DNA of 64,000 nucleotides from Planctomycetota bacterium (GCA_038227875.1 JBBRPR010000001.1:224001-288000); one strand, 5' to 3'; positions 48,390-58,748 are shown, counted from the stretch's first letter. Notes: generated by a model not told the origin, from the letters alone. Made by a program: numbers and translations.

Positions 48390-48617
48390 GGTAACCTCCT
48401 GGGCATTGCAGCTGTTCACGTCGTTGCGTTCTCTACACGCCTATTAAATGTGAGAGGGCGCGGCGTGTCGGTACGTAGGACTACGTATTTTAAAGTCGGC
48501 AGGATTTAGCTATGAAGCGGAAGTTGTTTTAGCTGCACTTGAGCACAGTACTGCCGGATGGTCGACCGTGAATATTCAGGAGTTGGGGCCGACTAGGTCC
48601 AAAGAGTGATTAGCATA

Positions 48618-48631
48618 GGGACAATTGTCCC
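48618..48631. promoter_or_regulatory. Perfect 14-bp palindrome, candidate operator
   Basis: GGGACAATTGTCCC; a second palindrome TACGTAG-GA-CTACGTA lies at 48472-48487. Confidence 0.4.
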
Positions 48632-48771
48632 CATGTTGGATATTGACCACGTCGTGAATTTTCTACGTGGTTAAAAACCAACATTTGAGTGCGTTGCTCC
48701 CTTCGACCACCTGGCCAAAGGTCCATTCGGATTCATCACGCATCAATCATTGTTCTGAATTGAAGGACGCC

Positions 48772-49191
48772 TCATCCCGCGCGCGGGGTGTCCTTGCACG
48801 TGTCGCAGAGATAATTCTGCGTGTCGCAGCCGCGGACGCGCTTCTCCAGCAGTTCCAGGATCAGGTCATCGATGCCCAGCGTTGGCGTGACGTGGTAGCG
48901 CGTCGACGGATGTGCGACCGCGGCTTCGGCCGTCAGGCGCGGAATGTCGTGCGTCCAGTGTTTGCCCGGTCCGAGAAAGAATGGGCAGACAACCACGCGC
49001 TCCGCGCCGCGTTCGACGCACTTGGCATACGCGGTGGCGATCGACGGCTCAGCCAATTCCATGTGCGCCGGCTCGACGATGCCGTAGCGCTCTTTGAAAC
49101 GTTCCGCAAACAGCGCGGCCACCTGCTCCAGCATCTGGTTGCTTTCCACGCGGCGTGAGCCGTGATCGACAATGACGATTCCGTTGCGCAA
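48772..49191 (-). CDS. CbiX/SirB-type sirohydrochlorin chelatase (short form)
   Basis: 'IVDHGSRR.ESN', 'AHMELAEPSI', 'PFFLGPGKHW..DIP'; TTG start with GGGAG RBS. Confidence 0.9.
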   Translation of the reverse strand: MRNGIVIVDHGSRRVESNQMLEQVAALFAERFKERYGIVEPAHMELAEPSIATAYAKCVERGAERVVVCPFFLGPGKHWTHDIPRLTAEAAVAHPSTRYHVTPTLGIDDLILELLEKRVRGCDTQNYLCDTCKDTPRAG

Positions 49192-49493
49192 GATGATGAT
49201 CTCCCACCAACGTTTATAGCAGGCACGTGATCCCGGTAAAGCAGAGCGATGATTTGGCTCGCGACAGGAACTTTTAAGGTTGTCAATTCGCGCACTGACA
49301 GGTTGCGCCAAAAATCCGCGTAACGCATTGTTTTCAGTCCGATTGCGCACGGTAGTGAATGTAAGATGCGTTTGGGTTCAGGCTGATTGAATTGTTCTCA
49401 AAATCTGCCGCTTTGTTGCCATAGCGCCAATTCATCGACGAGTAGTACAGATGGACAGACTGCGGAATTCATTTCTGATAGGAGATCCAGAAC

Positions 49494-50882
49494 ATGTCGC
49501 TATCCCGGATCCTCACCGTACTTGTTGCCTTCGTGGTGCTCGACTGCATTGCGGCGGAACCTGCGCCGGCCAAGCCGTCGTTGGATTGGCCGAATTTTCT
49601 CGGACCGAATCGTGATGCCACCGCCAACGACAAGGGCTTGCTGCACGAATGGCCTGCGGACGGTCCGCCAGTACTCTGGAAAGCACCCATTGGCATTGGC
49701 TGGGCGTCGATCTCCGTCGCCGGCGACGATGTCGTCGTCGCGGCGATGGACGGTCCCGGCGAAACGGTGCGCTGCCTGGATGCCAGGACCGGCAAGGAGA
49801 CATGGAAGCACGGCTACCAGCTCGGCGCGCCGACGTGGGCCTGGGGTGTGGGCTGGGACAAGGGCGGCACGCGCTGCACCCCCGCCATTTCCGACAAATT
49901 TATCTGGACCTGCGGCATCATCGGCGACTGCTTCTGCCTGGATCGCAAGACCGGAGCAGTCGTCTGGCGGCGCGGATTCCTGGATGGTCAGAAGCCCAAA
50001 AATCCTGGCGACTGGAAAGGCTACGTCGCCTCGCCGATCATCGTCGGCAACACTTTATTCTGGAGCGCCTCGCAGAGCGGCACGGAAGCCACAGCCATCG
50101 CGTGGGCCGCGGACACCGGAAAGGACCTGTGGACCTACAAGGATACACTCAAACCCGGGTCGCGGGGCGGAAACGGGCTTGGCGGGGTGGCCAAGTTTGG
50201 AGGAGAGGACTGCTTCGTGCTCGTCGCCAACAAGGATTTGAAAGCGATTCGCACGACGGACGGCAAGGAAGTCTGGAAGCAGGAATTCTTCGCCGGCCGC
50301 GGCATCGGCATTCCCACGCCGCTGGTTGTCGGCAATGACATCGTTTGCATGCCGGACTTGGATTTCGCATACATGATCGAAGTCGATCGCACGCAGAATC
50401 CCGTGCCGCAGGGCAAGAAGGTCTGGCGGGTCAATCATCTGGCCAAGCGCTGGGGCGATGACGACCCCTACGTTTCCTTCTACCATAACTGGGTCCATCA
50501 CGACGGCTATCTGTACGGCTTCGTCTGGCCGGAGTTGGATATGGGGACGGGAGGCTTCGGGAAATCGCCGGCCTATCTGATCTGCGTGGAATTGAAGACG
50601 GGAAAACTAATGTGGTCGGAAGGTGGTTTCAAACAAGGCTGTTCGCTCATGACTGCCGACGGCATGCTCTTCGCCCGGGCGCATCAGAAGATGGTGCTGG
50701 TCGAATGCAATCCCAAAGCATATACGCTGAAGGGCAAGCTCGAAAACCTGCATGCCCTATCCAACGACACCAATCCCGGGCAGATCGATTGGGTGATGCC
50801 GTCGATCGCCAACGGACGGCTTTACCTGCGGCTGCCGACGGAATTGATCTGCTACGACATACACGACCCCAAGGCGAAGTAA
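49494..50882 (+). CDS. PQQ-like beta-propeller protein
   Basis: 'DWPNFLGPNRD', 'CLDARTGKETW', 'PSIANGRLYLR...LICYDI'. Confidence 0.9.
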   Translation: MSLSRILTVLVAFVVLDCIAAEPAPAKPSLDWPNFLGPNRDATANDKGLLHEWPADGPPVLWKAPIGIGWASISVAGDDVVVAAMDGPGETVRCLDARTGKETWKHGYQLGAPTWAWGVGWDKGGTRCTPAISDKFIWTCGIIGDCFCLDRKTGAVVWRRGFLDGQKPKNPGDWKGYVASPIIVGNTLFWSASQSGTEATAIAWAADTGKDLWTYKDTLKPGSRGGNGLGGVAKFGGEDCFVLVANKDLKAIRTTDGKEVWKQEFFAGRGIGIPTPLVVGNDIVCMPDLDFAYMIEVDRTQNPVPQGKKVWRVNHLAKRWGDDDPYVSFYHNWVHHDGYLYGFVWPELDMGTGGFGKSPAYLICVELKTGKLMWSEGGFKQGCSLMTADGMLFARAHQKMVLVECNPKAYTLKGKLENLHALSNDTNPGQIDWVMPSIANGRLYLRLPTELICYDIHDPKAK

Positions 50883-50937
50883 TTGCCCTGGGCTGTGACG
50901 ATCCAATGGGAATCGCAGGAATCGAACGTGGGAGACG

Positions 50938-51660
50938 TTACTTGCCGAGTTCCAGGCGCAGCGCCAGAGCTTCGGGCAGTCCGGCTTCGATGATCTTCCG
51001 GCCGGCGGCTTTGATGTCGTACGGGACGCGGTGGAGCGTCACCAGCTGCTGCTCGGAGTCGTACACCGCGAAGCTGGCGCGCGGGTCTTCGTTGCGCGGC
51101 TGTCCGACGGAACCAATGTTGACCAGCGTTTTCCCTTCCGGGTTGATGCGGATTTCCTGGTCCATCGTGTAGGTCATCGGGACCGTGTCGAAAAACGCCA
51201 GCGGAATGTGGGTGTGCCCGTAGAACAACAGCGGCTTGTCGAGACACTCAAACGAAAGTTCCGCGTCGAAAATGGTGGTGATGTAGTTGAAGACTTCCGG
51301 GCTGTGCGCGCTGCCGTGCGCCAGGGTGAAGTCTTCGAAGTGGCAGATGAAGGGCAGGTTGGCCAGCCACTTTTTCTCTTCTTCACTCAGATGCGTCTCG
51401 GTCCAGTGCGCAACCTGCTTGGCGAAGATGTTGAAGAATTCGGTGTCCAGCTTGCCGCAGGCGGCGTGGTCGTGGTTGCCGGCCAGGCAGATCACGCACT
51501 TTTCGCGGACGGTGGCGATGCAGCGGCTGGGTTCAGCGCCATAACCCACGACGTCTCCGGTACACAGGTAGACGTCGACCTTCTCTTCCTGGAGAACTTT
51601 CATGACCGCTTCGAGCGCGTCGTAGTTGCCGTGGATGTCGCCGAAAATTCCGTAACGCAA
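50938..51660 (-). CDS. Calcineurin-like metallophosphoesterase
   Basis: 'GDIHGN', 'GDVVGYG', 'GNHD', 'HGS', 'GHTH', 'NIGSVGQPR'. Confidence 0.93.
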   Translation of the reverse strand: MRYGIFGDIHGNYDALEAVMKVLQEEKVDVYLCTGDVVGYGAEPSRCIATVREKCVICLAGNHDHAACGKLDTEFFNIFAKQVAHWTETHLSEEEKKWLANLPFICHFEDFTLAHGSAHSPEVFNYITTIFDAELSFECLDKPLLFYGHTHIPLAFFDTVPMTYTMDQEIRINPEGKTLVNIGSVGQPRNEDPRASFAVYDSEQQLVTLHRVPYDIKAAGRKIIEAGLPEALALRLELGK

Positions 51661-51862
51661 AGCTATGTGACCTCGTCGAGCGCGATGGCGCGGGAACAGC
51701 GGGTTGTGACAAGGATCAAGATTATGAAATCTACGCCCCGGGTCAAAACGTTTTTCGTTAATTGCGGACTCAACCAGCGGTTGCTTGAACAACTTCGCGA
51801 CAACGGTTAACTTTGCGCTCTCGACAGTCAGGCCTAACAAAATTGAAAGGACAACCCTTCTC

Positions 51863-53179
51863 ATGCTTGATGAATTGAAGCGCGCCGACCCCGATGTGTT
51901 CAATGCCGTGCGTTCGGAAGTCCGGCGCCAGCAGACACAGCTGGAAATGATCGCCAGCGAAAACCACGTCTCTCCGGCGATCCTGGAAGCCGTCGGCTCG
52001 GTGCTGACCAACAAGTACGCCGAAGGCTACCCCGGCAAGCGCTACTACGGCGGCTGCGAATTCGTCGACATCGCCGAAAACATCGCCCGCGACCGCGCCA
52101 AGAAGCTCTTCGGCGCCGAGTACGCCAACGTCCAGCCGCATTCCGGCTCGACGGCGAACATGGCCGTCTACTTCTCCTTCTTAAAGCCCGGCGACAAGGT
52201 CCTCGGCATGGATCTCTCGCACGGCGGCCATTTGACGCACGGTTCGGCAGTGAACTTTTCCGGCCAGCTCTACAAGTTCGTCGCATATGGCGTCGACAAG
52301 ACCACGGAAAAGCTCGATTACGACCAGGTCGCCGAAGTCGCCAAAAAAGAGCAGCCGAAGATGATCACCGTCGGCGCGTCGGCGTACTCGCGGCAGATCG
52401 ATTACGCGCGCTTCCGCCAGATCGCCGATTCCGTCGGCGCGTTTCTCTTCGCCGACATCGCTCACCCGGCCGGCCTGATCGCGGCGGGGATGCTGCCCAG
52501 CCCGCTGCCGCACGCTCACGTCACCACCACGACGACACACAAAACCCTGCGCGGACCGCGCGGCGGCTTGATCCTGATGGGCAAGGATTTTGAAAATCCG
52601 TTCGGCGCGAAAGCCGCCAAGAGCGGGCGCACGAAGATGATGTCCGAACTTGTCGACAGCATGATCATCCCCGGCATCCAGGGCGGACCGCTGATGCACG
52701 TGATCGCCGGCAAGGCCGTCGGCTTCGGCGAAAATCTTCAGCCGTCGTTCAAAACGTACGCGGCGCAGGTGATCAAGAACGCCCAGGCGCTGGCCAACGC
52801 GCTGATCAAGCGCGGCTACCACGTGATCTCCGGTGGCACGGACAATCACTTGATGCTGATCGACCTGCGCAACAAGAACATCTCCGGCAAGAAAGCCAGT
52901 ACGCTGCTGGACCATCTGGGTATCACCGTCAACGCCAACTCGGTGCCCTACGACACCGGCTCAGCGCTGGATCCCAACGGCATCCGCATCGGCTCGCCGG
53001 CCTGCACGACTCGCGGCATGAAGGAAGCGGAATTCGAACGGATAAGCGGGATCATCGACGAAGCGATCTCGAATCCGACCGACACCGCGATCCATTCCAA
53101 GCTGCGGCAGCAGACAATGGAACTCTGCGACGCGTTCCCGCTGTATTCGCCGATGATGAAGCATTTGTTCGGCGAGTAA
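51863..53179 (+). CDS. glyA: Serine hydroxymethyltransferase
   Basis: 'IASEN', '[17 protein letters not shown]', '[13 protein letters not shown]', 'QGGPLMH'. Confidence 0.98.
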   Translation: MLDELKRADPDVFNAVRSEVRRQQTQLEMIASENHVSPAILEAVGSVLTNKYAEGYPGKRYYGGCEFVDIAENIARDRAKKLFGAEYANVQPHSGSTANMAVYFSFLKPGDKVLGMDLSHGGHLTHGSAVNFSGQLYKFVAYGVDKTTEKLDYDQVAEVAKKEQPKMITVGASAYSRQIDYARFRQIADSVGAFLFADIAHPAGLIAAGMLPSPLPHAHVTTTTTHKTLRGPRGGLILMGKDFENPFGAKAAKSGRTKMMSELVDSMIIPGIQGGPLMHVIAGKAVGFGENLQPSFKTYAAQVIKNAQALANALIKRGYHVISGGTDNHLMLIDLRNKNISGKKASTLLDHLGITVNANSVPYDTGSALDPNGIRIGSPACTTRGMKEAEFERISGIIDEAISNPTDTAIHSKLRQQTMELCDAFPLYSPMMKHLFGE

Positions 53180-53252
53180 GTAGTTAGTCCGCCGGCACCC
53201 TGCCGGAGTTACCTAAAGCTACCGCTGGAACGCAGTGGTAGAGGAGCCGCCG

Positions 53253-53984
53253 ATGAAAACGCATTGCTTATTCATGCTGTGCATGGCGTTCGCGGCTCTG
53301 TTGAGTGTGCGGGTCTTCGCGGAAGCGGAGGAGGCCCCGCCGCCGCCCGATGCGCCGGTCGACAAGCCCAGCGAAGATACGATCCGCAAGCGGTTTCTGG
53401 TTTCTTATCAGACGGCGAAAAATCCGGCGGCGAAGGCGTCTGTGGTTTCGATGCTGAAGGGCTTGACGGAGAAGGAATCGCGGCGATTGCTGGCGGGGAT
53501 GCTCGGCGATCACGACGAAGATGTGCGTATCGCAGCCTGCCGGGCGATGGCGCAGACGCCCGACGCCGACGGGTACTTTGTCAAACCGTTGATGGGCGCG
53601 CTAACCGATGCGTCCGATTTTGTGCGTATCGGCGCGGCCGACGCGCTGGGCTCGGCGAAGATTCGCGGCGACGCGACCAAGGCGCTGGTCTATGCGCTGA
53701 CCGTGGCCGTTGGGGGCGTCAACGATGCGGTCGACGACAAGCGCGCGGCGCAGGTCATCGCCGCATATAATGGAGCGCTGGAACGGCTCAGTTCGCGGCA
53801 CAGCAAGGACAAGGAACCGCGCAACATCGCGTCGTTCTGGGTCGATTATTGGAAGCAGAACGAGGACGAAATTCGCGCGAAAGACAAGGATTTGGTCGGC
53901 GTGGCGCCCGAACCGGTGCGACCGGCGGGCTTGGAACCGGATTCGTTCGACAAGCCTGAAAAGAAAACAGATCCAAAGAAATAG
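53253..53984 (+). CDS. Secreted HEAT-repeat protein
   Basis: Signal peptide; 'LGDHDEDVRIAACRAM', 'LTDASDFVRIGAADALG'. Confidence 0.8.
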   Translation: MKTHCLFMLCMAFAALLSVRVFAEAEEAPPPPDAPVDKPSEDTIRKRFLVSYQTAKNPAAKASVVSMLKGLTEKESRRLLAGMLGDHDEDVRIAACRAMAQTPDADGYFVKPLMGALTDASDFVRIGAADALGSAKIRGDATKALVYALTVAVGGVNDAVDDKRAAQVIAAYNGALERLSSRHSKDKEPRNIASFWVDYWKQNEDEIRAKDKDLVGVAPEPVRPAGLEPDSFDKPEKKTDPKK

Positions 53985-54050
53985 CTGCAACCGGCCAGCC
54001 TGCGCGCTATCATGCTCAGCAGGCCGGGCAGGAACTCATTTTCTATCATC

Positions 54051-54974
54051 ATGACTCAAGTTAACAGTCAGACCCCAACTCAGGTTGGCATCGCTCCGCT
54101 CGGGCCGCTGCCGTCGCTTGATGAAAAACATTTGAAGCTCGACGGCGTCGACACGGCCGATCACGGCCGGTTGGAAGCGTTCGTTCCCAGCTCGGCCGAC
54201 TACCATCCCACCGATCCCAACGCGCCGGCGCTGGTTCTTGTTCCGGGACTGGGCATGGATGGTCTCGGGTTTCTGCGCCAGTTGCCGATTGGGCCGCACG
54301 CCCATCTCCACTTTTTCCAGACGCCCAACGATCCCGTGCGCGACGAACAGGGTCTGCTCCGCTTCGGCCGTTACGTCGAAGAATACATCCTCGCGCGAAA
54401 ACTCGATCAGCGGCCTGGCGGCGTGATCCTCGGCGGCTGCTCGATGGGCGGCGCAATCAGCCTGGCCGTGGCATTGCGCGGTCGCGTGAAACTTCGCGGC
54501 CTCGTGCTGCTTGGCACTTTCGGTTCTTGCCTGCATCTGCCGAAGTGGCAGCGCATCGCCGCACCGCTGGCGTGGTTCGTACCCTTGCGCGCGGGGCGCC
54601 GGGTGTTCTGGCACATCGTGGCGCGCAGCAACTTTTTTGGCCAGATCAAACGTGACGAAGCCAGCTGGCTGGTCTCCTGCAAGCTCGAACGCACGCAGCG
54701 CTACTTCGCCAACGCCGTGAAAGCGCTGACCACGCAGGAGCAGATCGCCGCATCGCGCGCGTTGAAGCTGCCGACGCTCATCGTTCACGGCACGAAAGAC
54801 CACGTCCTGCCGCACGCGGCAGGTGTGGAATTGGCGCAGAATATTTCAGGCGCGCATTTCGTCACGGTGGATGAAGCCGGACATGCCGTCTTCTTCACCG
54901 ACCACGACGTCACCAACCGCGAGATCGTGGGGTTGATTCAGCGTATCACGAGTCAGTCCGCCAACGGCGCTTAA
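54051..54974 (+). CDS. Alpha/beta hydrolase
   Basis: GCSMGG nucleophile elbow, 'HGTKD', 'AGH'. Confidence 0.88.
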   Translation: MTQVNSQTPTQVGIAPLGPLPSLDEKHLKLDGVDTADHGRLEAFVPSSADYHPTDPNAPALVLVPGLGMDGLGFLRQLPIGPHAHLHFFQTPNDPVRDEQGLLRFGRYVEEYILARKLDQRPGGVILGGCSMGGAISLAVALRGRVKLRGLVLLGTFGSCLHLPKWQRIAAPLAWFVPLRAGRRVFWHIVARSNFFGQIKRDEASWLVSCKLERTQRYFANAVKALTTQEQIAASRALKLPTLIVHGTKDHVLPHAAGVELAQNISGAHFVTVDEAGHAVFFTDHDVTNREIVGLIQRITSQSANGA

Positions 54975-55690
54975 TCGCGCCTCCGGCTGCCGCCGCCGAT
55001 CAAACCGAGACGCAGCGCCCAGTAGATTACTTCCCACAGCGCGGCAATGGTCGCGGCGACGTAAGTCATCGCGGCGGCGGTGAGCATCACCTGCGCGCCC
55101 TTGGTCTCTTCGACATTCAGGATGCCGCTGGACGGCAGCACCTGCAGCGCGCGGCGGCTGGCGTCGAATTCGACCGGTAAATTCACCAGCTGAAACAGCG
55201 CCACACAACCGATTAAACCAAGACCGATGAGTGAAAGTATATTGTGTGGATTACGGGTCATGAATAGACCCAGCATGATCGCGACGTAGCCGAACGACGA
55301 ACCGATGCTGGCCATCGGCACCGCGATGTTGCGGATCGCCATCAGCGGGTAGTGCTGCGCGTCCTGCATGGCGTGCCCCGCTTCGTGAGCCGCGACGCCG
55401 ACGGCGGCGATCGACGTGCCGTTGTAGTTGGCCGGCGAGAGCCGCAGCACTTTTTCCCGCGGCGAATAGTGGTCGCTTAAGAAACCGTCGACTTCTTCAA
55501 TCCGCACGTCCGTAATGCCGGCCTGCCGGAGCACCACGTATGCCGCTTCCTGTCCGCTGATGCCCTTGCTGTTGCCGATCTGCGAATACTTTGCGTAGGC
55601 GCTCTTCAACCAGAGCTGCGCCAGCAGCGCCAGCGCCATCATCGGCAGCGCAACGTAGATCAGATGATTCCAGTCCATATGAAAGAACAT
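54971..55690 (-). CDS. Membrane zinc metallopeptidase (YugP/Zn_peptidase_2-like)
   Basis: 'LSDHYSP', 'AAHEAGHAMQ', 'LPVEFDASRRA', 'AAAMTYVA'. Confidence 0.93.
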   Translation of the reverse strand: MFFHMDWNHLIYVALPMMALALLAQLWLKSAYAKYSQIGNSKGISGQEAAYVVLRQAGITDVRIEEVDGFLSDHYSPREKVLRLSPANYNGTSIAAVGVAAHEAGHAMQDAQHYPLMAIRNIAVPMASIGSSFGYVAIMLGLFMTRNPHNILSLIGLGLIGCVALFQLVNLPVEFDASRRALQVLPSSGILNVEETKGAQVMLTAAAMTYVAATIAALWEVIYWALRLGLIGGGSRRRD

Positions 55691-55919
55691 CTTTTGCCCC
55701 CTTACTGTTCACCGAACTGCGGTGGAACGTCCTCTAAAGATAGACGCTACAGATCCCCGCACCTTGAAGCAACTGAAGCGGAATCGCGCATCGCCAGCAT
55801 TCTCCCAACCTGAGATTAGTGCAAAAGATAGGAGATCCCGCTAAAGACGCGCCCCGGAGAAAAGGGTATTCTCCCCACCGTGAAGTGAAACGGATGACTC
55901 AAATCGATTAAGGAGAGGG

Positions 55920-56711
55920 ATGACAATGGGCCTGACGCGCGCGCAGAGTGACTTCTACGAACAGAACGGGTACGTGGTCGTCGAGAACCTGGTCTCGAAG
56001 GACACGCTGCTCGATCTCCGGCAGCGCGTCGACGACATCCAGAACACGATCCTTGAGGCCCAGTCCGCCGCGCGCGCCCGAGCGGCCAGCGCCAACCCGG
56101 GGCTTGGCGGCAAACCGGTCTCCTACATCGTCGAAAACGGCGGCGGCACCGCGACGGCGACCAAGCCGTCCCTGCGCAAACTCGCCGACCTCGCGCCGAT
56201 GGATGGGTTCTTCCGCTCCGTGGCCTCCACGCCGGAAATTCTGCAATGCGTCTCCGATTGCACCGGCGGCGGACCGAAGATCATGCTTTACAGCGACCAG
56301 GTGTTCCTGAAGCCCGCCTTCTGCGGCTCGGAGAAGCCGCTCCATCAGGACAACTCGTACTTCAAGGTGATGCCGATGACCTCCGGAGTCACCTGCTGGA
56401 TGGCGCTGGACGATGCGACGCTGGAAAACGGCTGCATGCACTACATTCCCGGCTCGCACAAACTCGGTCTGATCAAGCACAAGGAAATCAAGAACACGCC
56501 GCATTTGATTCCGGATGTGGATTTCGACGTCGGCATCGAAAAGCCGGTCCCGATCCCCGCCGGCGCGTGCATTTTCCATTCGCTGCTGGTTCTGCACAGC
56601 TCGAAGGCCAACACCAGCGACAAATCGCGCCGCGCCTGGGCCCTCCACTATGCCAACCGCAGCGGCCAGACGGCGGTGAAGCAGTGGGATGAGATGCTGG
56701 CGCTCAATTGA
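55920..56711 (+). CDS. PhyH-family Fe/2OG dioxygenase
   Basis: 'LHQDNSY', 'WMALDDATLENGCM.YIPGSH', 'LHSSKAN.S..SRR'. Confidence 0.92.
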   Translation: MTMGLTRAQSDFYEQNGYVVVENLVSKDTLLDLRQRVDDIQNTILEAQSAARARAASANPGLGGKPVSYIVENGGGTATATKPSLRKLADLAPMDGFFRSVASTPEILQCVSDCTGGGPKIMLYSDQVFLKPAFCGSEKPLHQDNSYFKVMPMTSGVTCWMALDDATLENGCMHYIPGSHKLGLIKHKEIKNTPHLIPDVDFDVGIEKPVPIPAGACIFHSLLVLHSSKANTSDKSRRAWALHYANRSGQTAVKQWDEMLALN

Positions 56712-56743
56712 ATTCAGAATGATGAATGATGATGGATGAGATG
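56709..56743. repeat. Degenerate heptamer tandem repeat
   Basis: TGAATTC AGAATGA TGAATGA TGATGGA TGAGATG, beginning at the stop codon. Confidence 0.6.
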
Positions 56744-56862
56744 TGGCTAATTGGAGGAAAATCTGGGTGTCAAGGAGCAAGCATACGGCCGCTTGCTCCT
56801 TGACACCCAACCGCAGCCGTCTCTGTTGCAATTATCCTTCCTTTCCGCTCCAATCCTCTCAC

Positions 56863-57687
56863 ATGGACTTCATTCATAGTTGGATCGTGCCGCCGGGTGC
56901 CACCGTTGGGGCGTGGCAGTATGTGCTCACGGCGTTTTTTGCGCTGATGATCATGGCCGTCTCCAAAGGCGGATTTGGCGGCGGCGTCGGCATCATCTCG
57001 ACGCCAATGATGCTCTACGTCGCGCCGGCGAACTTTGTGTTTGGGCTCTGGGTCCCGGTGCTCGTCGTCTGCGATCTGGCCACGATTCATCAGTATCCAA
57101 AGGAATGGAACCCGCGAGCATTCTTCCGGCTCGCGCCGGGCGTGTTGCTGGGCATTGTGATCGTGACCCTCGCGGTCCGCGCGCTGAAGGCCGACGAAAA
57201 TCCGGAAGCGAAAAAGCAGCTCGAACATTTCCTGCGCCTGGTCTGCGGCGTGGTCTCGCTGGCGTTTGTGGCACTGCAGTACCGGCCCAAGGGTCCTGAG
57301 AACGACGAACCGTGGCAGCCGTCGTGGGCCGTCTCACTGCCGACGGGGCTGCTGGCGGGCATCACCACGATGCTCGCCAACGCGGCCGGTCCGATTGTCA
57401 CCATGTTCCTGCTGCCACAGAAAATGGAGAAGCGGGTGTTCGTCGGGACGTGCGGCCGCTTTTACTTCATCTTCAACTCGATCAAGATCCCGTTTGCCGT
57501 GCTGTGCGCGTGGACGTCGTGGGAGACGCTGCGCTACGGCGCGTGGATGATGCTGATCGGCCCGCTCGGCGTGGTACTCGGCCGGTGGCTCAACAGCCGC
57601 CTGAGCGCCACGTGGTTCGAAATCTTCGTGCGCTTCTCGCTGGTTTTTGCGGGAGCGAAGTTGATTTACGATGGATTGCAACCGTGA
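56863..57687 (+). CDS. TSUP/TauE-SafE-family permease
   Basis: 'SKGGFGGG...P', 'GITTMLANAAGP', 'FN.IKIP'; about 8 TM helices. Confidence 0.88.
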   Translation: MDFIHSWIVPPGATVGAWQYVLTAFFALMIMAVSKGGFGGGVGIISTPMMLYVAPANFVFGLWVPVLVVCDLATIHQYPKEWNPRAFFRLAPGVLLGIVIVTLAVRALKADENPEAKKQLEHFLRLVCGVVSLAFVALQYRPKGPENDEPWQPSWAVSLPTGLLAGITTMLANAAGPIVTMFLLPQKMEKRVFVGTCGRFYFIFNSIKIPFAVLCAWTSWETLRYGAWMMLIGPLGVVLGRWLNSRLSATWFEIFVRFSLVFAGAKLIYDGLQP

Positions 57688-57905
57688 CGAACAGATGGGA
57701 TCGGGGATCGGGCATCTACGGATTTTCCGGGGACACCCCGGAAAACCGCAGGCATCGGTTAATGGGTGGGATCGGATGGTCGAAGGGTGCTCCGTTGCGA
57801 ATTGGGGACATTGAGAATTCCCAACCTCAGAGGGTCTTTGATCGGCCAGCCGCTCGCGCCCACTGACCGATCCCTGATGCCTGATCCCCGGATCCCATCT
57901 GTTCG
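57688..57905. repeat. Long nested inverted-repeat element (MITE/REPIN-like)
   Basis: About 30-bp imperfect terminal inverted repeats (57688-57716 / 57876-57905) enclosing further stems. Confidence 0.7.
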
Positions 57906-57909
57906 GCCG

Positions 57910-58530
57910 TCACCGCGCCCCCTTCTTATACTCATCGTTCAGCGTCGAAATGATCTTCGCCGTGATGTCCAAGTCCGGGTTGTACGACAGGATCGGGTTG
58001 CGGCGGAAACGTTCGACCATCTCCCGCATCGACTCGAAACGCGGGTGATCGCCGCTGGCCGGAAGCGTGTCGTCGTCGGGGCAGCGCAGGACCATGTCGA
58101 AGCGTTCGGCCTTGGCCACCAGCGCGATGGCGCCCTTGATATCGTCGAGCACCGTGCGCATCTCGGTGGCCTCACGGGCGGCGATTTCCTTCTGCAACGC
58201 TTCCAGCTTCATTTCGAAGTCGAACTTCTGCGATTCGTACGCTTGGATCTCTTTGAAGAACGTCGGATCCTTCTTTTCGCGCGGATCGTTCTTGAGGCGG
58301 CCTTCCCATTCCCGGAGCTTCCGGTCGGTGGTCTGGATTTCGATCTGCTTGGGTTCGTACTCCTTCCTGACCTTGGCCTTCACGTCAGCGATGCGGGTAT
58401 AGGCTTCGAAGACGCGGCCGACATCGACGACGGCGATGCGCCGCGGGTGCTCTTCTGCATATAGAAGGGAGGAATTCAGACCAAGCACAATGAGAAGTGA
58501 CACGTATAGGCGGACCCGGGTCAGGGACAT
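57910..58530 (-). CDS. skp: OmpH/Skp periplasmic chaperone
   Basis: Signal peptide, 'IAVVDVGRVF', coiled coil, 'VAKAERFDMVL', 'LDIT..II..LN'. Confidence 0.85.
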   Translation of the reverse strand: MSLTRVRLYVSLLIVLGLNSSLLYAEEHPRRIAVVDVGRVFEAYTRIADVKAKVRKEYEPKQIEIQTTDRKLREWEGRLKNDPREKKDPTFFKEIQAYESQKFDFEMKLEALQKEIAAREATEMRTVLDDIKGAIALVAKAERFDMVLRCPDDDTLPASGDHPRFESMREMVERFRRNPILSYNPDLDITAKIISTLNDEYKKGAR

Positions 58531-58638
58531 CTGTAGAAACCTCCATGTACTTCAGGATAGAAGACTTGAATCACATGGATTGAACGCCTGCGCGAAGGCA
58601 AGCTTCAAAACTTTCGGTCAGGATGGGGTCAAAAAAGC

Positions 58639-58667
58639 TTGATTCTGGTTTGAGCGGAGCTTACTAT
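58639..58667 (+). promoter_or_regulatory. Sigma-70-like promoter
   Basis: TTGATT-N17-TACTAT, preceded by an A-tract. Confidence 0.6.
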
Positions 58668-58684
58668 TCGTCTGTTTGATCTGG

Positions 58685-58719
58685 CAAGGACCGTCTCCTC
58701 GGGCGGTCTTTGTTTTTTT
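58685..58719 (+). terminator. Terminator-like hairpin in the 5' leader
   Basis: CAAGGACCGTCT-CCTC-GGGCGGTCTTTG followed by T7, between the promoter and ATG 58749. Confidence 0.6.
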
Positions 58720-58748
58720 ATTGGCGTCTACGAAGAAGTGAGATTTCC

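Noticed and set aside
48769..48780. TGA stop of the chelatase as selenocysteine
   Set aside because: The TGA does not align with the missing Cys position, and no convincing SECIS was seen.
57688..57905. 6S RNA call for the rod-like element
   Set aside because: The length fits, but no 6S central bubble or promoter could be supported; left as a repeat pending cmscan.
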